The position numbers and the translations under genes are program-made. Below are positions 56,516 to 64,000 of a DNA stretch of 64,000 bases, piece after piece. Under the pieces are notes generated by a model, which was not told the DNA's origin, searched no databases, and saw only the letters and a list, made by a program, of their open reading frames with translations. The stretch is from an uncultured Planctomycetales bacterium (lineage in GTDB: Bacteria; Planctomycetota; UBA1135; CAZZHK01). How positions within the stretch are numbered: position 1 is the stretch's first letter; every line of letters begins with the position of its first letter. The DNA lies in NCBI GenBank assembly GCA_964653725.1, contig CAZZHK010000013.1, positions 10,724 through 74,723 on the forward strand, written 5' to 3'.

Positions 56516-58489
56516 ATGAAGGATTTACTCTTTGCTGTCGTTGTAGCCACTCTTCTCTGCCAGGCCCCGGCCGCGCAGGATTTCTTCGTCGGCAACTCGA
56601 CGAACGACAACGTCTTCAAGTTGTCGGACACGGACTCGGACGGGGCGTACCAGACTCCGGGTGAGATCACCCAGTTCCTGGGGATCCGGTCGGCGGCCGT
56701 CCACGTGATCGGCTTCAACTTCGATCCGGCGGTCCTGTCCGTCCCGCAGGGCACTCGGGTGACCTGGGTCAACAGCAACTCCAGCAACCACGACGTGTCC
56801 AGCATCAGCGGGCCGGCCTCCTTCGGGTCGGGCACCATGTTGCCCGGCGAATCCTTCACGATGCAGTTCGACCTGGTCGGGACCTACGACTACGGATGCG
56901 CGATCCATCCCAGCATGACCGGCCAGCTGGTCGTGACCGCTTCATCGCCGGCCCCCTATGACCAGCTGTCGCCGCGGGGCATGGCCTGGCGGATGGAGGG
57001 AACCCAGCCGACCTTCTATTGGGTCGACACGGTGGGGGACTTCATGGGCCGAGCGCAGGACCTCAACGGCGACGGGCAGCTCACCGACGACGAGTGGACG
57101 CCGGTGTTCTACGACATGGGAAGCGCCAGCCCCGACGGCATCGATTTCCATCCGGACGGATCCGTCTGGTACACCTCCGACGGCTCGTCTTCCAACGGCA
57201 ACACCGGGCTGACCCGCCTGGAGGACCTGAACGGTGACGGCGACGCGGAGGACGCGGGGGAAAGCGTGACCGTCCTGACGCCTGCTTCCGGAGTCACCAT
57301 TCCGACCCTGTCTGGCGTGCCCTGGTCCCCGTCGGTGGACGACATCGAGCATCTGCGCTGGATCGGCGGATCGGATCCCGGCGGGTGGTTCGTGACCTAC
57401 GAGCATGACGACAGCGTCTTCTACGGCTTTCGGGACACGGACGGCGACGGCGCCGTGCTGACTCCCGGCGAGACCATCCTGTGGCTGAACGCCACCGGTG
57501 TGGCGACCGACGCAGCGGGCGTCCCCCTCGACGCCAACCCGGACTTCGGACCCGTGCTTCCGCTGCTCCAGTACTGGAACACGGCGGGCACCTCGATCTA
57601 CGGGGCCTGGACAAGCAACCTGGAAGTGGATGAGACGACAGGCGACGCCTACTTCGCCACCGTTGCATCGGCCGGCACCCTCAACCTGAACAGCCAGGAC
57701 ATCAGCGGACTGGTCTTCCGGGCGCGTGACCTGAATGGTGACGACGACGTGAACGATGCCGGCGAGGTCACGCTGTTCTACGACGGGGCCGGCGCCGCCT
57801 ACATTCAGAAGACACTCGATCTGGCGTGGTGGGGAGGCAGCCTCTACCTGCTGGATGTGGGGACCTCCGACATGGTCATCCACCGCTTCACGGACATCGA
57901 CGGCAACGGCGACGCCATGGGGCCTGGCGAGGCGACGACCGCCTGGGACAAGACGCCGATGACCTATCCGTTCGAGGTGGACTTCTGCTACTCGTACGAC
58001 ATGACGGCGACAGACCCCGGCGCATTCGGGCCCGGCGGCGGCGGCTCGACCGCATCGTTCACGAACTACGGGTCGGGCTGCCCCGGAACCGGCGGCTTCA
58101 CGCCTGTGGCGGGCCAGAACAACGGGCCCCCCTCGATCGGCAACAGCGCCTGGGAGGCGGCCCTCACGAATTCAGTGGGCGGCACCGTGGCCACGCTGAT
58201 GATCGGGGCCAGCGACACACTGCTGGGTGGCGCGCCGCTGTTGCCGCTGGACTTGGCCTTGATCGGAATCCCGGGCTGCACCCTGCTCCAGTCGATGCAA
58301 GCGACTGTCGCGGTGCCGGTCTTTGGCGCCGGTGCAGGCGCGGGGACGGCCTCCGTCAATCTGCCGATTCCCGGTGACGCATGGCTCGACGGCGTGGAGA
58401 TCTACCTGCAGTGGTTCGTCGTGGACCCGGGGGCGGGCAATCCGTTCTTCGTGACCTTCTCCGACGGCGGCCACGTGACGATCGGGTAG
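56516..58489 (+). CDS. Secreted protein: cupredoxin domain embedded in DxDGDG calcium-binding-like repeats, plus a C-terminal module
   Basis: Signal MKDLLFAVVVATLLCQAPAAQ. TWVNSNSSNHDV...YGCAIHPSM (His, Cys-x2-His-x2-Met). Six D-x-[DN]-G-[DN]-[GD]-D...GE repeats. Confidence 0.7.
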   Translation: MKDLLFAVVVATLLCQAPAAQDFFVGNSTNDNVFKLSDTDSDGAYQTPGEITQFLGIRSAAVHVIGFNFDPAVLSVPQGTRVTWVNSNSSNHDVSSISGPASFGSGTMLPGESFTMQFDLVGTYDYGCAIHPSMTGQLVVTASSPAPYDQLSPRGMAWRMEGTQPTFYWVDTVGDFMGRAQDLNGDGQLTDDEWTPVFYDMGSASPDGIDFHPDGSVWYTSDGSSSNGNTGLTRLEDLNGDGDAEDAGESVTVLTPASGVTIPTLSGVPWSPSVDDIEHLRWIGGSDPGGWFVTYEHDDSVFYGFRDTDGDGAVLTPGETILWLNATGVATDAAGVPLDANPDFGPVLPLLQYWNTAGTSIYGAWTSNLEVDETTGDAYFATVASAGTLNLNSQDISGLVFRARDLNGDDDVNDAGEVTLFYDGAGAAYIQKTLDLAWWGGSLYLLDVGTSDMVIHRFTDIDGNGDAMGPGEATTAWDKTPMTYPFEVDFCYSYDMTATDPGAFGPGGGGSTASFTNYGSGCPGTGGFTPVAGQNNGPPSIGNSAWEAALTNSVGGTVATLMIGASDTLLGGAPLLPLDLALIGIPGCTLLQSMQATVAVPVFGAGAGAGTASVNLPIPGDAWLDGVEIYLQWFVVDPGAGNPFFVTFSDGGHVTIG

Positions 58490-58512
58490 CGCGCGGCCGC
58501 TATCCTGCCTGG

Positions 58513-59823
58513 ATGGGCAGGTCCGGGGGCGCATGTGCGGCATTGCTGCTGCTGGTCGGATGCGGGCGTGGCCCGCAGCCCGCTCCCGTCATCGTATTCG
58601 GCATCGACGGCCTGGAGCCGTCCGTGGTCGAGCCCCTTCTGCGCGCAGGCCGCCTGCCGGCGCTGGCCTCGCTGGTCGGACGCGGGGTCCACGGCACGCT
58701 CGGCACCTCGCAGCCCTGCTTCTCGCCGCTGCTCTGGACCACCGTCGCGACCGGACGGGAGCCGGCCGGCCACGGCATCACCTGGTTCCACGACGAGGAC
58801 GGGGTCCCCTTCACCTCCAACGCGCGCAGGACGCCGGCGCTCTGGAACCTGGCCAGCGATGCAGGGCTGTCGTGCGACGTCTACGGCTGGTGGAACACGT
58901 GGCCCGCGGAGCCCGTTCGCGGACGCATGGTGTCCTCGTATGCGGCCTCGGGGCAATACGCCGTGACCTGGAAGGGGCGCATCTGGGACGCACTGCCCGA
59001 TCAGGTGTTCCCCGCGGGAGAGGCAGCGGATGTCGCCGGGCGGTCGGCGCATTTGGTCGGCACCTTGGACGAGGCCTTTGAGGCCGCTTTCGGTTTTCCG
59101 CCCGGACCGCCACAGCCGCTCGACGCCTACGAGGCGACCGTCCGGTGGACCCTCATGTCCGACCGGCTCTACGCCGGTCTCGCGGCAGAGGCGGCCGGCC
59201 GGACCGACAGGCCTGACCTGCTCATGGCGTACGTCGGACTGCCGGACGTGGCCGGCCACCGGTTCTGGCGCTACCACCGGCCCAGGGACTACGAGTACGC
59301 CGTGGACCCGAATCACGTGCTGGTCTACGGGGACGCTGTCCGCGACGCGGTCATCGCAGCTGACCGATGGCTGGGACGCATTCTCGAGGAGGCCGGACCC
59401 GACGCCAACATCCTGGTCGTGTCGGACCACGGGATGGGCCCCGAATTGACCGAGGACACGCAGCTCAACCGGACTACGCACCAGAGCGGCGGCCACCAGC
59501 ACGGCCCGCCCGGCTTCTTCGCCGCCGCCGGCCCCGGGTTCCGGCACGACGCGCGGCCACGGCAGTGGGGGCACCTCCTGGACGTGGCGCCGACGGTCCT
59601 GGGGCTTCTCGGCCTGCCTGCGGATCGCGCAATGCCGGGCCGGGCGATGGCGGCAGCGCTTGATGACGTCTGGCTCCAGTCGGTCGGCGGGCTGCCGAGC
59701 CGGGAGGATTTCACCACCGGATTCCGGCCGGCCACCGCCTCGAGGCGTCCGGGCGGTGAGGTGGAGGAGGCATTCCTGGAATGGTTCGGCGAACTGGGCT
59801 ACTTCGACCTCGAGGACGGCTAG
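58513..59823 (+). CDS. Alkaline-phosphatase-superfamily lipoprotein (type I phosphodiesterase/nucleotide pyrophosphatase-like)
   Basis: MGRSGGACAALLLLVGCG lipobox. VIVFGIDGLEPS, LWTTVATGREPAGHGI, LPDVAGHRFW, VVSDHGM. Confidence 0.75.
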   Translation: MGRSGGACAALLLLVGCGRGPQPAPVIVFGIDGLEPSVVEPLLRAGRLPALASLVGRGVHGTLGTSQPCFSPLLWTTVATGREPAGHGITWFHDEDGVPFTSNARRTPALWNLASDAGLSCDVYGWWNTWPAEPVRGRMVSSYAASGQYAVTWKGRIWDALPDQVFPAGEAADVAGRSAHLVGTLDEAFEAAFGFPPGPPQPLDAYEATVRWTLMSDRLYAGLAAEAAGRTDRPDLLMAYVGLPDVAGHRFWRYHRPRDYEYAVDPNHVLVYGDAVRDAVIAADRWLGRILEEAGPDANILVVSDHGMGPELTEDTQLNRTTHQSGGHQHGPPGFFAAAGPGFRHDARPRQWGHLLDVAPTVLGLLGLPADRAMPGRAMAAALDDVWLQSVGGLPSREDFTTGFRPATASRRPGGEVEEAFLEWFGELGYFDLEDG

Positions 59824-59866
59824 GCAGACGCTTGGATCCGGGCGGGGTCCGCGTTCTGATGGGTCC

Positions 59867-60562
59867 GTGAGCCGTCCCGTCGTCGCATTCGATATCGAGG
59901 TCGTGGGGACGCCGTGGGAGCAGCTCGACGAGGCGACCCGCGGCTACCTGCTGAACCGGGCCCGGTCGCCCGAGGACCGTGAATCGGTGCCGGAGAAGAC
60001 CGCCCTGGTGCCCGGCATCGGCAAGGTGGTCGCCATCGCGTTCTGGCGGCTGGACCGGGACACCGGAGGCGTGCTGCTGGAGGGCGAGGACTCGGGCGGG
60101 TTCTCGGAGTGGGACCAGGTTCCTGGCTCCATGATCTGCACCGGGGAGGAAGCAACCCTGCTGAAGACCTTCTGGGAGAAGGCCAAGGACTACGGCCGGC
60201 TGGTCTCCTATTACGGTCGCGGCTACGACGGCCCGGTGCTGCTGATCCGCAGCGCCATGCACGGGATCGCACCGTCACGGAAACTGGCCGCGGGCTACAG
60301 GTACTCCATCGGGGACCACTGCGACCTGTTCGATGTGCTGTCGTTCCACGGGTCCTCGGGCCGCTATTCACTCGACTACTGGTGCCGCCGGTTCGGCGTC
60401 GAGTCGCCCAAGGGATCGCTCGACGGATCCCAGGTGGGGGCGGCCTACCGCGAAGGACGCATCATGGAGATCGGCGAGTACTGCCTGCGCGATGCCAGGG
60501 CCACCGCCCGGCTCTACCAGGCCCTGGAGCCCACCCTGCTGCCGCTATTCCGGGACCGTTAG
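59867..60562 (+). CDS. Stand-alone 3'-5' exonuclease related to the PolB exonuclease domain (RNase H-like fold)
   Basis: VAFDIEV (Exo I), SYYGRGYDGPVLL (Exo II), EYCLRDARAT (Exo III). GTG 59867; 231 aa. Confidence 0.7.
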   Translation: MSRPVVAFDIEVVGTPWEQLDEATRGYLLNRARSPEDRESVPEKTALVPGIGKVVAIAFWRLDRDTGGVLLEGEDSGGFSEWDQVPGSMICTGEEATLLKTFWEKAKDYGRLVSYYGRGYDGPVLLIRSAMHGIAPSRKLAAGYRYSIGDHCDLFDVLSFHGSSGRYSLDYWCRRFGVESPKGSLDGSQVGAAYREGRIMEIGEYCLRDARATARLYQALEPTLLPLFRDR

Positions 60563-62020
60563 GAGACCGCTCTCCCTGTCCCAGGGCAGTTCGCCCAGAC
60601 GGTTGGCCACCAGCCGCCCCTCGGCATCGCGGTGCAGCACCGTGACCGGCGCGGTCCGCGCCGGATCGGTCCGGTAGGCGCCGAACAGGTACGCCTTCCC
60701 CGCCAGTCCAGGAGTGGACGGCCCGTCGGTCGTCGGGATGACCGTTCGGCGCGCGTAATAGGAGACGGCCGGCGTCCAGCCCCACGCAGCGGGAACCAGC
60801 ACCAGGTCGCCCGGCCGGGTGGCCAGGGCGACCTCCTCACCCCAGGCCTGTTCGGTGGGCTCGGCCATCCGTCCTGACCTCAGGTCGCGTCCCCCCATGA
60901 GCAGGACCAGGACAAGCACTCCGGCGACCAGGCCCGCGGCCGGTGTGCGGCCCGAGTCGGCGGCGGCCCTCCAGCCCATGCCTAGCCCCAGGGCGATCAC
61001 CGGCAGAGCATAGAACCAGAGCGGATACTGTCCGTCGCCCACGCTGCTGCCGGAGTGCCGGTACAGCAGGAACGGGTAGGTCACTGCCAGTCCGGCCAGC
61101 GGCAGCCAGGCGCCTTCCGCCCTGCGACGGCCGGACCAGAGCCCCATGGCAGCCAGGACAGCCGCCGGCAGGGTGGCCATCAGGCCGATGTGGCCTGCCT
61201 GGATGCGGAGCCACTCGGGCAGGGGGATCTCGTTCGTCCACAAGGGGCTCAGGATCATCGCGGCGCGGTCCAGCATGCCGGCGCGCGGGGCCGGCGTGGG
61301 CAGCCCGGAGGCCAGCCAGGAGTGGACCATCAGAGGCAGGGCGGGCACCAGGAGCAGCGCGGGGGCCCGACGCAGGGCCAGGTGAAAGCCGCGGCGGTGC
61401 CAGGCGGCCAGCCACATCCAAGGCGCCAGCAGAAAGGCTCCCTGGTCGATGCACACGCCGAGGGCCAGCCAAAGCCCCGGACGCCAGGAGGCCACCTCGC
61501 CCTCCTCGGCCTTCAGGCTGTCCAGTACCGCTGCCAGGGCGAATGGCATGACCAGCACCTCGTAGTTGATCAGGGTGGCGTGCTCCGCCCACCCGGGAAG
61601 CAGCGCAGCCGCCAGTCCCGCGGCCACCGCCGCCTCGCGTCCTGCCAGGCGGTGGGCCAGCGCCATCACCAGCAGCCAGGCGGCCAGGCTGGCGGCCAGG
61701 AACGGCGCGCGGATCCAGGCCTCGCTGCCGCCGCCGAGCCGGTGTGCCGCGGTGACCAGCAGGGTCAGCGTGGGCGGGTGGTTGGCGTAGTAGTGGAGAG
61801 GCGTGTCGCGCCCGCCCTCGCCATTGAAGACCGGGTAGGGCCCGGTGGTGTCCAGCCCGATCCGATCCGCGTTGCGGGCCATGCTCGCGAAGGCGCCGCC
61901 CTGGAATCCGTCGAACCCATGGCCCCAGGGTCCGGACATGCCGCGTCCCCACCAGGCGCCGACCACCAGAACGGCGACCATGAGGGCGACGGATGCGGGC
62001 GCGCGGCGAGCAGCGGACAC
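60545..62020 (-). CDS. Polytopic membrane protein, GT-C-fold glycosyltransferase-like (ArnT/PMT/GT39-like)
   Basis: About 10 or more hydrophobic helices, an N-terminal loop ...PLHYYANHPPTLTLL and a C-terminal soluble tail. Start set at GTG 62020 (alternative ATG 61981). Family call is from overall architecture only. Confidence 0.55.
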   Translation of the reverse strand: MSAARRAPASVALMVAVLVVGAWWGRGMSGPWGHGFDGFQGGAFASMARNADRIGLDTTGPYPVFNGEGGRDTPLHYYANHPPTLTLLVTAAHRLGGGSEAWIRAPFLAASLAAWLLVMALAHRLAGREAAVAAGLAAALLPGWAEHATLINYEVLVMPFALAAVLDSLKAEEGEVASWRPGLWLALGVCIDQGAFLLAPWMWLAAWHRRGFHLALRRAPALLLVPALPLMVHSWLASGLPTPAPRAGMLDRAAMILSPLWTNEIPLPEWLRIQAGHIGLMATLPAAVLAAMGLWSGRRRAEGAWLPLAGLAVTYPFLLYRHSGSSVGDGQYPLWFYALPVIALGLGMGWRAAADSGRTPAAGLVAGVLVLVLLMGGRDLRSGRMAEPTEQAWGEEVALATRPGDLVLVPAAWGWTPAVSYYARRTVIPTTDGPSTPGLAGKAYLFGAYRTDPARTAPVTVLHRDAEGRLVANRLGELPWDRESGLLTVPE

Positions 62021-62080
62021 CCAACCAGGGTGGGGAACGGGACCGACCCCGTCAACGCCGGGGTACACTTCGACGATTCC

Positions 62081-64000
62081 ATGCCCCTGAGATGTGCAGT
62101 CATGGCGGTGCTGGCCGCCTCCTGTTCCCCCGGGGGTCCGGCGGGGGGAGGGACCCCCCGCGAGGCGGTCCCTCTCTCCTTCGAGACGCTCGAGAAGCCG
62201 ACGGCCAGGGCGGACCGCAGCATGATGACGCTGACCCTGCGTCCCGGCCGCGAGCCTGACGAATGGCGCCACTGGCCCAAGTCCGCCCGGTTCGACGCGC
62301 GCCCCGGCAGCGTCCTGGTGGGGCAGGTCCTCGGGTCGCCCGGCGCGCTGCTGCGCACCCTGGACCTGGACGCCTCGACCGTGACCACCGTGGAGTGGGT
62401 GGTCCTGGTCCATGCCGGGGGCACCGCCAGGTTCGAGTGGCGCACGGAGCGGGATGACCCTTCCCGGCCGGTGCCGGCCACGAATGTGGCGGAGGTGCAC
62501 CTTCCTCCGCACGACGGGGTGCGCACCGTCCGCTTCCGCGTGGACCGCAAGAGCGGTTGGAGCGGCCGGATCAAGGGCATCAAGCTCACGCCGTCCCACC
62601 TGGCCCAGTCCTTTCGTGTCGCAGAGGTGCGCTTCATCAATGAGCCGCTCGGCATCCAGCTGAAGCGCGACGGCCGGGACCTGGCGGTCCAGAGGGACGG
62701 AGTGCTGCGCCGCGTCACCCACGCCACGGCCCTGGAGGTCCTGCAGGTGCAGGTGCCGGCCGGCAGCCGGCGACGGCTCGAACTGGGTTTCGGCCCGGAC
62801 GACGTGGCGGCGCTGAGGCGCGAGGCCCTGCACTACACGGTCCACGTTGGAGAGAGCGAAGTTGCCTCGGGCAGGCTTGGCAGCCGCGCCAAGGCTCCCT
62901 ACCGGGCATTCTCCGTGGATCTGTCACCGTTCGGGGACAAAATAATCGAATTGTCGATGCGCGTGACCCCGTCAGGGGACGATCCGTCCCTGGGCGGGAA
63001 CACTGGAGTGCTTTGGGGTCGGCCGGTCCTGGTCCGGGACGCCTCCCGGCGGCTGCCCTCGGTGGCCCTGGTCACCCTGGACACGGTGCGCGCGGACGCG
63101 GTCGGCGCTTACGGCCTGGACGCTTTGGCACAAACGCCTGTCCTGGATGCACTTGCGAAAGGTGGCATGCTGTTCGAGGACGCCTTTTCGACCATCAATT
63201 CGACCAACCCCTCGCACGCCAGCATCCTGACGGGGCTGTTTCCCAAGGATCACGGGGTGCTGTCCAATACCCAACTCCTGCCGGAAGAGGTAGTTACAGT
63301 GGCCGAAGTCTTCCGGGAGGCCGGCTACCGGACGGTGGCTGCGGTGGGCGCCCGACACCTGAATCCAAGATTTTCCGGGTTTGGCCAGGGTTTTGAGCTG
63401 TTCCTGCCCTGCGATCCGGTGATGAGGAGGGCCGAGGACGTCCATGAGGCGCTGTTTCCGGTCCTGGAGGACCTGCTGGAGGGGCAAGCACCGGTTTTCC
63501 TGTGGGTCCACTACTTCGACGCGCACACTCCCTACGACCCCCCTGGGCGCTGGAAGAGTGCCTTCGAGCCCCCAGGGGACCCGAAGGACCCGTCTCGGGG
63601 CCCCGCACTGATCCCCGGCGCCCTGCCGGGGCGCCGCTTCCTGGAAGGCGTGACGGATCCGGAGTGGCCGCTCGCCATGTATAGGGGCGAGATGGCCTAC
63701 CTGGACGACCAGCTGGGGGAACTGTTCGATCTGCTGGGGCCGGAATGGCGCCTGGCGGTCACGGCGGACCACGGGGAGGCGATGGGGGAGCGCGGGGTCT
63801 TCTACGACCACGTGGGCGTGTTCCCCAACACGCTCCACGTTCCGTTGATCCTGGCCGGCCCTGGAATCCCCGGAAGCCGCCGCTCAGATGCTCCAGTGGA
63901 CCTTTCCGCCCTGCACGACACGCTCGTGGCCATGGGGCCCGGGCCGGCGGAGAATGGCTCCAGGGGCCTGCTGGGGACTGTTGCCGAAGGGGGCGACCGC
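62081..64000 (+). CDS. Sulfatase-family (non-formylglycine type) lipoprotein with a ~325-aa N-terminal extra domain; 3' end outside window
   Basis: Open frame from ATG 62081 to the window end (640 codons, no stop), so it is absent from the ORF track. MPLRCAVMAVLAASC lipobox-like start. VALVTLDTVRADAVG, STNPSHASILTGLFPKDHGV, VTADHGEAMGERG. Confidence 0.75.
   Translation, partial: MPLRCAVMAVLAASCSPGGPAGGGTPREAVPLSFETLEKPTARADRSMMTLTLRPGREPDEWRHWPKSARFDARPGSVLVGQVLGSPGALLRTLDLDASTVTTVEWVVLVHAGGTARFEWRTERDDPSRPVPATNVAEVHLPPHDGVRTVRFRVDRKSGWSGRIKGIKLTPSHLAQSFRVAEVRFINEPLGIQLKRDGRDLAVQRDGVLRRVTHATALEVLQVQVPAGSRRRLELGFGPDDVAALRREALHYTVHVGESEVASGRLGSRAKAPYRAFSVDLSPFGDKIIELSMRVTPSGDDPSLGGNTGVLWGRPVLVRDASRRLPSVALVTLDTVRADAVGAYGLDALAQTPVLDALAKGGMLFEDAFSTINSTNPSHASILTGLFPKDHGVLSNTQLLPEEVVTVAEVFREAGYRTVAAVGARHLNPRFSGFGQGFELFLPCDPVMRRAEDVHEALFPVLEDLLEGQAPVFLWVHYFDAHTPYDPPGRWKSAFEPPGDPKDPSRGPALIPGALPGRRFLEGVTDPEWPLAMYRGEMAYLDDQLGELFDLLGPEWRLAVTADHGEAMGERGVFYDHVGVFPNTLHVPLILAGPGIPGSRRSDAPVDLSALHDTLVAMGPGPAENGSRGLLGTVAEGGDR

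Noticed and set aside
62021-62845. N-terminal 275-aa extension of the minus-strand membrane protein ORF (60545-62845).
   Set aside because: The extension has antisense-type composition. A plus-strand gene with a lipobox start and continuous sulfatase-fold homology occupies this DNA, and an internal GTG/ATG precedes the first TM helix.

Overview
GC-rich (roughly two-thirds G+C by eye, not computed), very gene-dense bacterial chromosomal segment. I can support about 58 protein-coding genes, 2 tRNAs (Ala-CGC, Leu-GAG) and a few weak regulatory hairpins. I found no rRNA, CRISPR array, transposase, integrase, phage or plasmid genes.

Modules in order:
- 1-3.0 kb: surface-polysaccharide genes (DegT fragment, CapD-like, PglC-like sugar transferase, SGNH-like esterase, small lipoprotein).
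- 3.1-5.0 kb: DUF2157 / GDYXXLXY membrane pair.
- 5.0-12.1 kb: mixed genes: lamin-tail-domain (LTD) secreted protein, RNase D, small RelA/SpoT-type HD hydrolase plus an unknown ORF, RmuC, tRNA-Ala, SIS/PHI-like isomerase, WD40 protein, Cys-rich orphan.
- 12.2-22.8 kb: translationally coupled acyl-CoA operon (thiolase, 3-hydroxybutyryl-CoA dehydrogenase (Hbd), three acyl-CoA dehydrogenases (ACADs), MeaB, split B12 acyl-CoA mutase, embedded HTH, MBL hydrolase, BtuF-like protein).
- 22.8-30.1 kb: sulfatase-like lipoprotein, amidohydrolase, acetoacetyl-CoA synthetase, ProRS, glutaredoxin, TrmH-family methyltransferase.
- 30.2-38.5 kb: second acyl-CoA operon (thiolase, Hbd, exported cyclophilin, crotonase, thiolase, domain-permuted aconitase-family hydratase, isopropylmalate dehydrogenase (IPMDH)-family dehydrogenase).
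- 38.6-45.8 kb: secreted MBL+LTD protein, SAMHD1-like HD protein, unknown ORFs, aminotransferase, tRNA-Leu.
- 46.1-48.3 kb: PPi-type phosphofructokinase and a HEAT-repeat protein.
- 48.4-58.5 kb: Rieske/cytochrome b operon with a 1136-aa octahaem cytochrome c, two amicyanin-like cupredoxin proteins and a PDZ-thioredoxin.
- 58.5-64.0 kb: AP-superfamily lipoprotein, PolB-like 3'-5' exonuclease, GT-C-like membrane protein, and a sulfatase-like gene that runs off the window (absent from the ORF track).

Many long ORFs in the track are antisense or alternate-frame artefacts of GC-rich DNA. Several tracked ORFs are N-terminally over-extended, and I re-set those starts from motifs and stop/start overlaps.

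Nothing here is an obvious mobile or defence island. The most unusual content is the respiratory/copper-protein cluster, the permuted aconitase-like/IPMDH pair, and a recurrent C-terminal module on secreted proteins. The lineage cannot be assigned from this window; the content is reminiscent of Planctomycetota/PVC- or Myxococcota-like genomes.
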